From NCBI GenBank assembly GCA_000004695.1, contig CM000153.2, forward strand, positions 4,160,001 through 4,224,000: 64,000 bases of DNA, read 5' to 3'. Positions 1-12,376 of the stretch are shown here, piece by piece. The notes under the pieces are model-generated. The model was given only the letters and a program-made list of their open reading frames with translations, had not been told where the DNA came from and did no database searches. Origin of the DNA: Dictyostelium discoideum (taxonomy: Eukaryota). Every line of letters begins with the position of its first letter. Position 1 is the stretch's first letter. The position numbers and the translations under genes were made by a program.

Positions 1-1179
1 AAAAAAAACCAAAAAAAAAAAAAAAAAAAAAAAAATCAAAATTTAAATAAAATTTTTTTTTTTTTTTTTTTAAGCGACTCACATTCATACATTTCCATTT
101 TTATTATTTTTTTATTTTTTTATTTCTTTTTATTTTTGAATATACTGATTAAATCAAAAATCAATTGAAAACAACTTTTAAAATATTGATACTTGGAAAA
201 GAAATAAATAAAAAAATTAATATTTTCATTTCATTTTTTTTTTTTGTTAACAATTATTTAATTTTATTTATTTTTAATATGGATTTACTATATAAAAATA
301 GAGCTTTCAAAAAATACACACACAATGATATATAATATAAATTAAAAATGAATGAAATATTGGTAATTGGTTTAATTAATCCTTAAAGATTTAAATATGG
401 GCAACAGCAGCAGCAGTTAATAAACCTGGAATTACAACGAGTGCAGCAGCATCTAAGAGAGCAGCATTATTGTTAGATTGAGTGCTTCCTACTGAAATTG
501 AAGAAATTTGATTCTTTTGGACTGAGCTAACACTTGAGATTGATTGTAATGATTCTAAAATAATTATTATTATTTTTAAAAAAATAAAAATAATTTTATA
601 AAATTAATTAATAATTTTATAAAATTAATTAATAATTTTATCATATTTTTTTTTTTTTTTTTTTTTATATTTTAATACTTACTGAATAACATTTTAGAAT
701 TTAGTTTAATAGTACAAAATATATTATAATTTAATGATTAGTTAAAAAAAAAAAAATATATCCTTTTATACTTTTTTTTTTTTTTCAAAATTTTTTTTTT
801 TTTTTTTTTTTTATATATTTTTTTTTATTTATTATTAATAATAATAGATTATTAAAAGAAATCAAAAAACAGTTTATTACTTGATCTGTCATTTCAAAAT
901 CTTTAAGTATTTATCAAAAATTTTTTGATAAATTAAAAAAAAAAAAACCAATCTTTTTTTTTATCTCTTAATACTGTTTTTTATTAACAGATATTATTTA
1001 TTTATTGTTTATATTAAAAAAAAAAAATTTAATTTTCTTTTTTATTTTTTTTTTTATTAAATTTAATAAATAATTATTGATAATTAATAAATATTAAATA
1101 GAAAAATAATTATTAAATTTATTGATTTTTGTTGTCATTATTATTAAATTTTTTTAATTTTTTTTTTTTTTTATTATCA

Positions 1180-2133
1180 TTATTGTGGAATTTTATAAGA
1201 AACAAAAGCTTCTACTGCTTCAAATTCGGTTAAACCTAAATTATCATAAATTTTAGCGGTTTCACGATTTCTACATTCAGCACGAACCCAAAATTCTCTT
1301 TTATCAGTTCCAGGAAAAGCTGGAACATCTTTTTGAGATTGATGTTTAAAGATTGACATACGTTTTCTCATCAATTCGAAAGGAGACATTGGTACGGCCA
1401 TTTCTATTCTTTCAGGTTCCCATTCTTGCCAAGCTCCACGATATAACCAAACTTGACATTCTTTCATCCAATCTTGAGTTTTCAAACGATCGATAGCCGA
1501 TAGAATAGCTTTCAAACAAACTCTATGAGTACCATGTGGATCTGATAAATCACCAGCGGCGAAAATGATCTCTGGTTTGATTGATTCTAAAAACTGAACC
1601 ATGATTTCAATGTCTTCCTCACCCAATGGTTTCTTTTTGACAGCACCAGTTTCGTAGAATGGTAAATCCAAGAAATGAATTCTATCAGGAGCCACACCAG
1701 CATAACGGGCACCAGCACGAGCCTCAGTTTTACGTATTAACCCTTTAATTAATTGAATCTCCTTTGAATCTGGTTGACCTGGTTTCTTGGTTTTAATGAA
1801 TTCATTGACATTCTTTTCAATGGTATTCGATCTCTCCACTGATTCATTACCCAATGAAAAAAGTTTACTAAATTCACTAGCGAAATTTGCAAATCTAACA
1901 GCATCATCATCCCAAACTGCAATATTACCACTGGTTTGATATGCAACATGAACCTTATGACCTTGATCACATAAACGAATGAATGTACCACCCATACTAA
2001 TCACATCATCATCTGGATGTGGTGAAAATACAATTACTCTCTTTGAAACTGGTTTAATATTACTATCATAATCCCACATTTCATTAATAATATTAATTTG
2101 TTCAAAACTACTATTATCATGATGTTGATGTTG

Positions 2134-2198
<65 letters not shown>

Positions 2199-2992
2199 TA
2201 CTATTATCACTACTATTTGTTTTTGGTGAAGTTGGTGAAGTTGGATGATGTTGATTTGGTCTACCTCCTGGCCAACCATTAATAGTTGATTGTAAATATC
2301 TAAAAACTTTAAGATTTAAATTATGACATGGACCAAATACTTTAAGTAATGAGGATAGGTTATGGTCATGGTATTCCTCTTCCTCAAGTTTTAATATTGG
2401 TTTACCCAATTTCAATGATAACCAAATCACAGCTTTTCTAGCCAACAATGGTGACCACTTAATTGTAAGAGTTGTTCCAGTGGAATGAATAACCCATGGT
2501 TGTTTACAACGTGTAATCTCTACAGCTGCAGCCTCATCAATTATCAACTGACACTTTTGATGACGTTGAAAAATGGTTGATGGTATAGCAGGAGTGATCT
2601 CACCCTCGGTTGTCTTCTGAACTATCGATGCCTTACCCTCGGAGAAAGCCATCAATATAATTCTCTTAGAGTTAAACATTGTTGATAAACCCATTGTCAA
2701 TGCATGATGTGGAACATGTTCAGTACCAAAGAAATCACTTGCTGCATCGATTCTTGTATTTTGCTCCAAATCAACCAAACGTGTCTTTGTATTAGCCAAT
2801 GACCCCGACTCATTAAATCCAATTCTTTTTCCAATTGGAATTAACATTAAATCAATACCACCAACTTGTTCAATCTTTTCTTCATATTCTTTTAAATGTT
2901 TATCAATTTCATTCTCTGAAATTTCACCATTTAAAAAATTTATATTTTCTTTTTTAATATCAATTAATTCAAATAAATTTTCTTGCATATAT
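1180..2992 (-). CDS. NagB-II exon 2: the rest of the deaminase fold, an in-frame poly-Asn linker, and a C-terminal LmbE/PIG-L-type deacetylase domain.
   Basis: MLIPIGKRIGFNESGSLANTKTRLV / ALTMGLSTMFNSKRIILM resemble NagB (HLFMGGVGNDGHIAFNEP; ALTVGVGTLLDAEEVMIL). Downstream, VIVFSPHPDDDVISMGGT...HGTHRVCLKAILSAI carries the PIG-L motifs. The intron 2993..3081 is 89 nt. Confidence 0.8.
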
Positions 2993-3021
2993 CTAGTTAA
3001 AATAAAATTATGTTAATATTT

Positions 3022-3062
<41 letters not shown>

Positions 3063-3081
3063 TTTATATATATTTATTTAC

Positions 3082-3443
3082 CTATAAAAACTTTGAATTC
3101 TATTTCTTTCAATTGGATAATATTCATCAACATTAAAAGTGATAACATTTTTAAATGAAACTTTATTTTCTTTATATAATTTAACCAATTGATCATAAAC
3201 ACCTGATGGAGTTGAACCACATGTTAAACCTAATACAAAAGGTTTTCCATTTGAATTTGAAATTTCAATAGCCTTAACAATCTCTGATGCAATGAAAACA
3301 TTAACTTGCTCTGGATCTTGATAAACAAGTGTTTCTAATTTTTCTTTACTTTTAAATTCTTCATTACATTCAAATAATCCTGTTTCTGAATTAATTTTAT
3401 TTACTCCTGAATATTGTTGTTGTTGTTGTTGTTGTGTGGACAT
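3082..3443 (-). CDS. Glucosamine-6-phosphate deaminase (NagB-II type, long form), exon 1. Covers the Met, a poly-Gln run and the N-terminal NagB fold. Ends at a GTAAAT donor in phase 2.
   Basis: ORF 3078..3443 matches the NagB N-terminus (GKPFVLGLTCGSTPSGVYDQL, VSFKNVITFNVDEYY). The donor ag|gtaaat lies just 5' of the in-frame stop. Splicing to 2992 gives ...SFYR-YMQENLF..., colinear with E. coli NagB ...SFMHRNFFDHVDI. Confidence 0.75.
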
Positions 3444-3531
3444 TTTAATTTTATTTTACAAAATATGTATAAAAACACTAATTACTAATATATAATTTTT
3501 TATTTTTTTTTTATTTGTATTTATTTATTTA

Positions 3532-3568
<37 letters not shown>

Positions 3569-3853
3569 AAGATTAATGTGTTTGAATATTTCTTAATTTA
3601 CAAAAAAAAAAAAATAAATGAAAAAAAAAATTAAAAAAAAAAAAAAAAGGTGAAAATCAAAAAAAAATAAAAAAATAAAAAAATAAAAAAAAAATAAAAA
3701 AATAAAAAAATTAAAATTTTGATATCACCAGGATTTTAAAATGGGAAAATTGGTATCGAAAAAATATAAAATATCAAATCCCAATACCATTTTGGCATTA
3801 TTTCGAATTTTTTTTTTTTTTTTTTTGTTTTTTTTTTCTTTTTAAATTTAATA

Positions 3854-3887
<34 letters not shown>

Positions 3888-4496
3888 TCACTAAAAATAT
3901 AATTTTAAAATAATAATCAAAAATTTAAATATTTGTTAGTTAAATAATTTATTTTCGTTTTAAATATTTTACCACAACTTTTTTAATAAGAAGAAAAAAT
4001 GATCATACAAAAAAAAAAAAAAAAAAAAAAATAAAATTATTAAAAAAAAAAAAAAAATAAAATAAAAAAAAAAAAATTAAATAAAGTTAGGAAATAAAAA
4101 AAGTAAAAAGGAAGAAATAAAAAAAGTAAAAAAGAAAAAAATGTAAAAAAATTTATGCTTTAGGTTTTTATTATTTTTATTACACTAAAAACACAATGTG
4201 AATGTGTAATCCCTAAAGAACTTCACCAATCACTGCAATTGTTGTTGTCATCGTTTCACTTTTTTTTTTTATATTCTTTTCGCCTTTCGAATAAAAAACA
4301 AAATAAAAAAATAAAAAACAAAATAAAAAATAAAAAATAAAATAAAAAAATAAAAAAAATATCTAATTTTTCAGAAGAAAAGTTTTTTTTTTTTTTTTTA
4401 TAGTTTTGATAACAAAATTTTATTTTATTTTGTTTTTTTTTTTTTTTTTTATTTTATTTTTTCATTCTCAACAGTTGACAACTATAAACAATAAAA

Positions 4497-4621
4497 ATGA
4501 ATAAAATTATTACATTTTTATTTGTAATATTAGTTTTAAATGTATCATTAATCAATTGTCAATATGGTACACCAACTTTTAAAATTGATAATTCACCAAC
4601 TCTCCAATTAGTTAAACAATA
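4497..4621 (+). CDS. Secreted peptidase-C45 / acyl-CoA:6-APA acyltransferase-like protein, exon 1 (signal peptide MNKIITFLFVILVLNVSLINC...).
   Basis: ATG followed by a hydrophobic signal peptide. GTAAGT donor at 4622 and acceptor ctttag at 4701-4703. The splice is in frame (phase 2) into the 4789 ORF. Confidence 0.55.
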
Positions 4622-4703
4622 GTAAGTAAATATATATTTTTTTTTTTTTTTTAACACATTTAAAATATTAATATTTTTAATTTTTTTTAATTTTTTTCTT
4701 TAG

Positions 4704-6135
4704 TAATCAAAGTCAAATTTATTCTTTATCATCAAGTGGATATGAAAAACCAATTATTATTGCAAATTTAACAGGTACTCATTATGAAATGGGATTTGCA
4801 GCAGGTTATTTAATGGCACAAGAAGCTTATGAAAATTATAATGTTATGGTTGGAGCAGTTTTACCAAAAACTTGGGAAAAGGATGCATTTGAGAAATTCC
4901 TTGATTGGCAATGGAATGATTATTTAAGTAAACAAATTACTCAAAATTATTTAGATGAAATCCAAGGTTACTCCGATGGTGCAATAGCAAGTGGTTTCAC
5001 TCAATTAGGTAAAACCATTGAACGTGGTGTTGTCATTAGTAGTTTTCCAGGTGACCCAACCGAAAATATTGAATATTTATTAAGAAATGAATTATTAGGT
5101 GGTTTCTCTGACTATTTAATTAGAATCGATAGATTGGATGTTTTATCAAAAATTAAAGAAATCATTTCCAATCAAGAAGAGGAAGATACTACTAGATCTT
5201 CAAAAGGATTACAATGCTCACATTTCTCAACTTGGGGTGATAAAACTTTTAATGGTGATATGTTTAATGGTAGAAATTTAGATTGGTTAAATGGATCAGG
5301 TATTAGTAATAATAAATTGATTACATTCTATAATCCAGTTGGTCAATATTCACATGCCGCTATTGGATTTGCAGGTTTAATTGGTGCAATCGTTGGTATT
5401 AGTTCCAAGGGTATTTTCGTAGCTGAATCTGATAATGACTCTGTAAAGGTTACTTTTGATGGTTTTGCATGGTCAATGAGATTACGTTACATCATGGAGA
5501 ATGCAGCCAACATCGAGGAGGCAGTATCACTATGGGAGTCCACTAACAATACAATGGGCATGTGCCACAGTCTTGCAAGTGCAACTGAGGCATCAACCGC
5601 TGAGCATCCAGCATTCGCTTTGGAAACTATGAAGGGATACACCGCATTCTTCTCTGACAACGATCCAAACGAACATTACATTTACACTGATCCAAAGACC
5701 GGTGAACAAACTCAAATGGGTTACCCATTAGACAACGCAGTCTATCGTACAAATCATGGTTATGATGAAACTATTCGTCAAAATGAATGGGAGCCAGCCA
5801 TCCCAAATGGCGATTCATGGACTCGTTACATGCTCTTCTATAACACCTTTTCTTATTACACCGCATCCAACACCACAATCTCTGAACTCCAAGCCATCAA
5901 CATCACCTCTATCCTTGGTAACAAACATAGCATCCAAGATATCTACTCTTCACCAGCTCCATTCTACGATTGTACTAACGCTTGGATGGGTTACAACATC
6001 ATCTCTTCAACTTTCCATTTTGCATCAAATAAAATGTTTGTAGCTTTTGAAGAAGGTTTTGGTCAACAAAGAATTTGTGCTGCTTGTGGTACTTATGTTG
6101 AAGTTGATTTAACACCATTTTTTGGTCCATTTTAA
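4704..6135 (+). CDS. Peptidase C45 / isopenicillin-N-acyltransferase-like (Ntn-hydrolase) protein, exon 2.
   Basis: The 448-aa ORF continues upstream in frame to the acceptor. It is N-glycosylation-rich and secreted-type. The family assignment comes from overall similarity recalled by eye and is only moderately certain. Confidence 0.6.
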
Positions 6136-6228
6136 AAAATAGAAAAAAAATAAAAAATAAAAAAATTAAAAAATAAACACATATAAATTTATACATATAT
6201 ATATACACATTAAAAATTTATTTTATTT

Positions 6229-7686
6229 TTATTTTTTAAAATGTTCATTTAAAAATTGATCATAATCTATATTTTCACCATCATCATCATCATCAAGATC
6301 AATATCATCAATATTATAAGATTTATTATTATTATTTTGTTGATGATATTGATTTTTTAATTGATCTTGATCAATAATATCTTTATTTTCTAATTTCTTT
6401 TGTTTTAATAAATCAATTTTTTCTTTCTTTTCTAATGCTTCTTTTAATTGATATTTATAAGAATCTAATAGACTATTATTAATTTCTTCTTCTTCTTCTT
6501 CCTTTTCATTATCAATTTTATCTTCAAGATCAAATTTAGTTAAATTTTGAATTTCAATTTCTTGTTTTTCAAAATTTTCTTTTAATTCTTGTTTTTCTTT
6601 TTCTCTTTGTTCTTTTTTTAGTTTTTTTTCTTCAAGAATTAATTCTTGTTTTTTCTTTTCTTTTTCAATTCTTGTATTAATTTTATTTACTCTTTCTTTA
6701 AGTTTTTCTTCTTTTCTTTTAGTTTTACCATCATTTTCAAATTCTAAATGATCAATTGCAATTTTATTTGGAAATTCTATATAACGATTAGTGATTTTAA
6801 CAAATTGTTCAATTTGTAAATTTTGAGTTCTAATTTTTGGATCGATATCATCACCCAATAATGATTCAGCATCTTTACCAAGTGTTTTAATTGTATTTGA
6901 TAGTTTTTTACGTCTTTGAGAGAATAATTCTCTACATACAAATTCGAAATAATGATGATCTTTAACTGGTTCATCACCCAATGGTGAAATTCTTGGTTCA
7001 ATTGCAACCACTGATGCATCAACTTTTGGTGGTGGTACAAATGCGGTACCTGGTATTGAATATACTATAGAGGGTTGACACATTTGTTGTACCATAACTG
7101 ATAGACGTGAATATTCTTCTGAGCCTACTTGTGCACAGATTCTATCAGATAACTCCTTTTGAAACATTAAATACATTGGTACTCTACCAAATTCATATAG
7201 TCCTTGACGTGGAGCAATTTGACGAATCCATTTCAACATTAAATGTGTACCAACGTTGAATGGAAGATTACCAATGATTTTCACTTTGGATTTGTCTTTC
7301 CAATTTGTGGTTTCTGCACCTGCATCTCTTAATAGTTTAGCTTCATCAACATCCATCATGTTGGCCATAATTAATGACATTCTACCTCCACTTGATTCTT
7401 CTAACATTTTCAATGCTGGATAAAATCTTGGATCCATCTCTACTGCTATTACTTTTTTCGCTCCACTTGTTAATAAACTTCTTGTTAATCCACCTGGTCC
7501 TGCACCAACTTCTATAACTGTACAATCATCAAATCCACCTGATTTCTTACAAATTTTATCCGTTATATTTTTATCAATTAAAAAGTTTTGTGATAATTGT
7601 TGTTTTGCACTTAATCCAAAAATTCTAATAATTTCTTGAATTTTTGGCATTGGTGGTAATGATGTTGTTAAATTTTTAATTGTCAT
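6229..7686 (-). CDS. tfb1m: Mitochondrial dimethyladenosine transferase / transcription factor B1 (KsgA/Dim1 family) with a Lys/Glu-rich C-terminal tail.
   Basis: LPPMPKIQEIIRIFGLSAKQQLSQNFLIDKNITDKICKK...VIEVGAGPGGLTRSLL is colinear with human TFB1M (LPPLPTIREIIKLF...LSQNFLLDLRLTDKIV...VYEVGPGPGGITRSIL). The SAM-binding motif is present. It is a single 485-aa ORF. Confidence 0.85.
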   Translation of the reverse strand: MTIKNLTTSLPPMPKIQEIIRIFGLSAKQQLSQNFLIDKNITDKICKKSGGFDDCTVIEVGAGPGGLTRSLLTSGAKKVIAVEMDPRFYPALKMLEESSGGRMSLIMANMMDVDEAKLLRDAGAETTNWKDKSKVKIIGNLPFNVGTHLMLKWIRQIAPRQGLYEFGRVPMYLMFQKELSDRICAQVGSEEYSRLSVMVQQMCQPSIVYSIPGTAFVPPPKVDASVVAIEPRISPLGDEPVKDHHYFEFVCRELFSQRRKKLSNTIKTLGKDAESLLGDDIDPKIRTQNLQIEQFVKITNRYIEFPNKIAIDHLEFENDGKTKRKEEKLKERVNKINTRIEKEKKKQELILEEKKLKKEQREKEKQELKENFEKQEIEIQNLTKFDLEDKIDNEKEEEEEEINNSLLDSYKYQLKEALEKKEKIDLLKQKKLENKDIIDQDQLKNQYHQQNNNNKSYNIDDIDLDDDDDGENIDYDQFLNEHFKK

Positions 7687-7775
7687 TTTTTTTTTTTTTT
7701 TTTTTTTAAAAATAATAATATATTAATCTATATACAAATGTTTGTTAAAAAAAAAAAAAAAAAAAAATATATTAA

Positions 7776-7786
7776 TCACTATTGGA

Positions 7787-7834
<48 letters not shown>

Positions 7835-7932
7835 AAACGATTGTTGGTTCGTTTTTTAATTTTTTCATTTTTTATTTTTTATTTTTTTAATTTTTTTTTT
7901 TTTTTTTTATAATAACTTGTCCAATGGTGATT
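7776..7932. promoter_or_regulatory. Inverted pair of a 20-nt CCAAT-containing element (ATCACyATTGGACAAGTTAT at 7776-7795 and its reverse complement at 7913-7932), upstream of 2OG-oxygenase copy A.
   Basis: The two copies are exact reverse complements apart from one position and sit about 115 bp apart. The same element recurs 270-300 bp upstream of the other two oxygenase copies. Confidence 0.3.
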
Positions 7933-8228
7933 ATTTTTTTTTTTTTTTTTTCAGGTATTTAAAAAACAAGTTTCCTGTTAACTTTAAAAGAAAATAGTGA
8001 ATATTAATATTTATACAAATGTAAAATTCAAAATAAATTATTGTTTCTATTTTTATTTTAAATAAATAATTATTTTTATTTTTTATTTTTTTGTGTTAAA
8101 TAATTATTATTTTTTAATTTTTTGTGTTAAAAAAAATAATTAATTATTTGATTATTTAATTTTTTTATTTTTTTTTTTATTCACATATATAAATAATAAT
8201 AATAAAAAAAAAAAAAAAAAAAAAAAAA

Positions 8229-9290
8229 AGATATTACCAACAATAACAACAACAAATGAAATTGAAAGTATACCATGTATTGATTTTTCAATATTAAAAA
8301 ATAATGGTAATGATAATAAAAATGCTTAAGAATTTATTTCAAAAGAAATTAAAAAAGCTTTTATAGAATATGGCTTCTTTTATATTTTAAATCACAGTAT
8401 TGAACAATCTTTAATTGATAGATTAATGGAATTATCAAAAAAGTTTTTTTCATTACCATTAGATGTTAAAATGAAATATAAAATTAATATTGGTGAAAGT
8501 GAATCTAATTTAGGTTATTTTTCACTTGGTCAACATGGAACAGATTATAAAGAGGGTACCTTTTTTAAATTTAGAGACTAATAATAATAATAAAAAAAAT
8601 AATAATACATCAAAAAGAATATCAGAATTATATCCAACAAAAGAAGAAGAAGAGCTATATGATATTGTAGGATTTAAAGATACTTGTGAAACTTTTATGA
8701 AATGTTTAAATCGATTTAGTATTGAGTTGATGGGATTGATCACAATAAATTTAAATTTACCAGAAGATTATTTTAATGATTTATATTTAAATCATCCACA
8801 TTTTAATTTAGGTTTATTAAAATATATGTCATTTGATGATGATGGTAATGGTAATGGTAAAATTACTAAATTTGGTAATGAACCTCATTGTGATTGGGGT
8901 TTATTTACATTACTTTATCAAGATGATGTTGGTGGTTTACAAGCTTTATCAAAATCAACTGGTCATTGGATAAATGTCAAACCAATTAGTGGTTCACTCA
9001 TTTTCAATATTGGTAATGTGATGGAAATCATTACAAGAGGTTATTACATTTCAATGTTTCATCAAGTAATTTATAATACATCTGGTAGAGATCGTTATTC
9101 ATTCCCATTCTTTTTTAATCCTCAACTTGGTAAACCAATAGTTCCAATAAATAATTTAGAAACAACAACGACAACAACAATAACAAAAATTGGAAATTAT
9201 ATAAAAGATCCAAATATATTAAATTTCAAAGGAACTTATAATGATTATCATAACATTGAAATGAATAAATTGTTTAAAAAACAAAATTAA
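8229..9290 (+). pseudogene. 2OG-Fe(II) oxygenase, tandem copy A. The 5' half is decayed and the 3' 254-codon ORF (8526..9290) is still open.
   Basis: About 90% nucleotide identity to copy B. The start codon is lost (aaaagatatt versus aaaatgatat). There is an in-frame TAA (aatgcttaagaa) and a frameshift near 8520-8580. Confidence 0.6.
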
Positions 9291-9545
9291 TAAAAAAAAA
9301 AAAAAAAAGTTAACTAACAATTAATTGCCATTTTTGGTGTTTTGTTTTTTTTTTTTTTTTTTTTTTTTGAAAAACTTAAAATTTAACATTTTAAAAAAAA
9401 TTAGAAAAAAGGGGTAAAGATTTCTTATTTTATAAAAGAAATTGCGACTGTAAACAAAAAATTACTTAATATCTGAAAAAATTTATCTGACCAACCTTTT
9501 TAAAAAATTTTTTTTAAACAGCGATTTTTTTTTTTTTTTAAAACA

Positions 9546-9564
9546 TCTTGTCCAATAGCGATTA
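9546..9564 (+). promoter_or_regulatory. Conserved CCAAT-box element (CTTGTCCAATAGCGATTAT) 257 bp upstream of the copy-B start.
   Basis: The same motif occurs at 7913-7932 and at 11397-11415. The latter is mutated to CTCAAT ahead of the dead copy. Confidence 0.3.
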
Positions 9565-9820
9565 TTTTTGATATTTAAAAAACAAATTTCGTTAATATTA
9601 ATTTTAAAAGGAAATATTAAATATTAATTTTAAATATTTAATACAAATGTAAAACTAATATATAAATTCTAATTTATTGTTTTTAATTTTTTAATTTTTT
9701 GTTTATTAAATAATTATTAATTTTTTTATTTCCATTCACACAAACAATAATTTTTCATTTTTTTAATTGTGTTAATTGAATACTCTTGTGTGGAAAAAAA
9801 AAAAAAAAAAAAAAAAAAAA

Positions 9821-10846
9821 ATGATATCACCACCAACAACAACAAATGAAATAGAAAGTATACCATGTATTGATTTTTCAATATTAAAAAATAATGCCAA
9901 TGATAATATAAATGGTAAAGAAATTATTTCAAAAGAAATTAAAAAAGCTTGTATAGAATATGGCTTCTTTTATATTTTAAATCACAGTATTGAACAATCT
10001 TTAATTGATAGATTAATGGAATTATCAAAAAAGTTTTTTTCATTACCATTAGATGTTAAAATGAAATATAAAATTAATATTGGTGAAAGTGAATCTAATT
10101 TAGGTTATTTTTCAATTGACCGACATTATACAGATTATAAAGAGGGTACCTTTTTAGATTTAGAGACTAATATTAATAATGCATCAAATGGAATATCAGA
10201 ATTATATCCAACAAAAGAAGAAGAAGAGCTATATGATATTGTAGGATTTAAAGATACTTGTGAAACTTTTATGAAATGTTTAAAACAATTTAGTATTGAG
10301 TTGATGGGATTGATCGCAATAAGTTTAAATTTACCAGAAGATTATTTTAATGATTTGTATTTACAAAATCCAAATTTTATTTTAGGTTTATTAAAATATA
10401 TGTCATTCGATGATGACGGTAGTGATGATAAAACCACCAAATTTGGTAATGAATCTCATTGTGATTGGAGTTTATTTACATTACTTTATCAAGATGATGT
10501 TGGTGGTTTACAAGCTTTATCAAAATCAACTGGTAATTGGATAAATGTCAAACCAATTAGTGGTTCATTCATTTTCAATATTGGAGATATGTTGGAAATC
10601 ATTACAAAAGGTTATTATACTTCAATGTTTCATCAAGTAATTTATAATACATCTGGTAGAGATCGTTATTCATTCCCATTCTTTTTTAATCCTCAACTTG
10701 ATAAACAACTAATTCCGATAAACAATTTAGAAACAACAACAACATCCAAAATTGGAAATTTTGTAAAGGATCCAAATATATTAAATTTCAAAGGAACTTA
10801 TAATGATTATCATATTATTCAAATGGAAAAATCATTTAATAAATAA
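9821..10846 (+). CDS. 2-oxoglutarate/Fe(II)-dependent dioxygenase (isopenicillin-N-synthase-like DIOX_N plus 2OG-FeII_Oxy), the intact copy.
   Basis: ATG at 9821. IPCIDFS...KEIKKACIEYGFFYILNH is the DIOX_N signature. The HCDWSLFTLLYQDD...MFHQVIY...RDRYSFPFF iron triad with RxS is present. The ORF is open and 341 aa. Confidence 0.8.
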   Translation: MISPPTTTNEIESIPCIDFSILKNNANDNINGKEIISKEIKKACIEYGFFYILNHSIEQSLIDRLMELSKKFFSLPLDVKMKYKINIGESESNLGYFSIDRHYTDYKEGTFLDLETNINNASNGISELYPTKEEEELYDIVGFKDTCETFMKCLKQFSIELMGLIAISLNLPEDYFNDLYLQNPNFILGLLKYMSFDDDGSDDKTTKFGNESHCDWSLFTLLYQDDVGGLQALSKSTGNWINVKPISGSFIFNIGDMLEIITKGYYTSMFHQVIYNTSGRDRYSFPFFFNPQLDKQLIPINNLETTTTSKIGNFVKDPNILNFKGTYNDYHIIQMEKSFNK

Positions 10847-11262
10847 AATTAATTTTTTTTTTTTTTTAAATTTCAAACAATTATAAAGGAGAAAAGATAG
10901 CTTTTTTTATAAAATTAAAATTGAGAGTGATCTATCGCATTTTTATTTTAAAAAAAGTATTTTCACTTAAAAAAACGAATTTATTTATTTAAATGAAAAT
11001 AATTTCAAATAAAATGAAATTATGAAAAAAAAAAATAAAAAAAATAAAATAAAATAAAGTTATTAAATTTTTTATAAAATAAAAGAACATTAAAAAATTA
11101 AATTATAAGAAAATAGTTAATTTTATTGATTAGATTTCAAAGGAACTTATAATGATTATTATAACATTGAAATGAACTAATTATTTAAAAAACAAAATTA
11201 AGAAAAAAAATCAAAAAAAAAAAGTTATCAAACAAACCATTAATTGCCATTTTTGGTGTTAT

Positions 11263-11297
<35 letters not shown>

Positions 11298-11544
11298 AAA
11301 AACTTAAAATTTAACATTTTCAAAAACAATTGGAAAAAAGGGGTAAAGATTCCTTTCTTTATTAAAAAAATTATTTTATCCGACCTTAAAAACATCTTGC
11401 TCAATAGTGATTATTTTTAGGATATCTAAAAACCAAGTTCATTAATATTAATTTTAAAAGAAAATAGTATAAATAAATGTAAAATTAATATGTAAATTCT
11501 AATTTATTTTATTTAATTTTTATTTTTTAATTTTTTGTGTTAAA

Positions 11545-12376
11545 TCATAGTATTGAACAATCTTTAATTGATAGATTAATGGAATTATAAAGAGGGTACT
11601 TTTTTTAGATTTAGAGACTAATTATAATAAAAAATCAAATGGAATATCAGAATTATATCCAACAAAAGAAGAAGAAGAGCTATATGATATTGTAGGATTT
11701 AAAGATACTTGTGAAACTTTTATGAAATGTTTAAAACAATTAAGTATTGAATTGATGGGATTTATTGCAATAAGTTTAAATTTACCAGAAGATTATTTTA
11801 ATGATTTATGAATCATTTTTACAAATCCAAATTTTAATTTAGGTTTATTAAAATATATGTCATTTGATGATGATGATGATGATGATGATGATAAAATTAC
11901 TAAATTCGGTATTAACCTCATTGTGATTGGAGTTTATTTACATTACTTTATCAAGATGATGTTGGTGGTTTACAAGCTTTCTCAAAATCAACTGGTAATT
12001 GGATAAATGTCAAACCAATTTGTGGTTCATTCGTTTTCAATATTGGAGATATGTTGGAAATCATTACAAAAGGTTATTATACTTCAATGTTTCATCAAGT
12101 AATTTATAATACATCTGGTAGAGATCGTTATTCATTCCCATTCTTTTTTAATTCTCAATTCGATAAACCAATAATTTAGAAACAACAACAACAACATCAA
12201 CAACAAAAATTGGAAATTATGAAAAAGATCCAAATAATTCCTATAAATAATTTAGAAACAACACCAACAACCACAACAAAAATTGGAAATTATGAAAAAG
12301 ATCCAAATATATTAAATTTCAAAGGAACTTATAAATAATGATTATCATATTATTCAAATGAAAAAATCATTTAAAT
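11545..12376 (+). pseudogene. 2OG-Fe(II) oxygenase, tandem copy C, heavily decayed.
   Basis: Homologous to copy B but with an internal deletion of about 150 nt, an in-frame stop (ttatgaatcatt), frameshifts and duplicated 3' segments. The upstream CCAAT element is mutated. Confidence 0.55.

Noticed and set aside
2034-2279. Antisense or overlapping ORFs inside low-complexity coding tracts, for example 2034..2279, 14038..14499, 14745..15005, 38483..38923, 47830..48275, 58934..59524 and 59724..60041.
   Set aside because: They are reading-frame artefacts of (AAT)n, (CAA)n, (AGT)n and Ser/Gly repeats on the opposite strand or in an alternate frame of genuine genes. They encode poly-I, poly-L, poly-V or poly-H strings with no independent gene signals.
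5756-6043. A 95-aa internal plus-strand ORF overlapping the C45-like gene in another frame.
   Set aside because: It lies wholly inside a longer, well-supported ORF and has no independent signals. It is a chance alternate-frame ORF.
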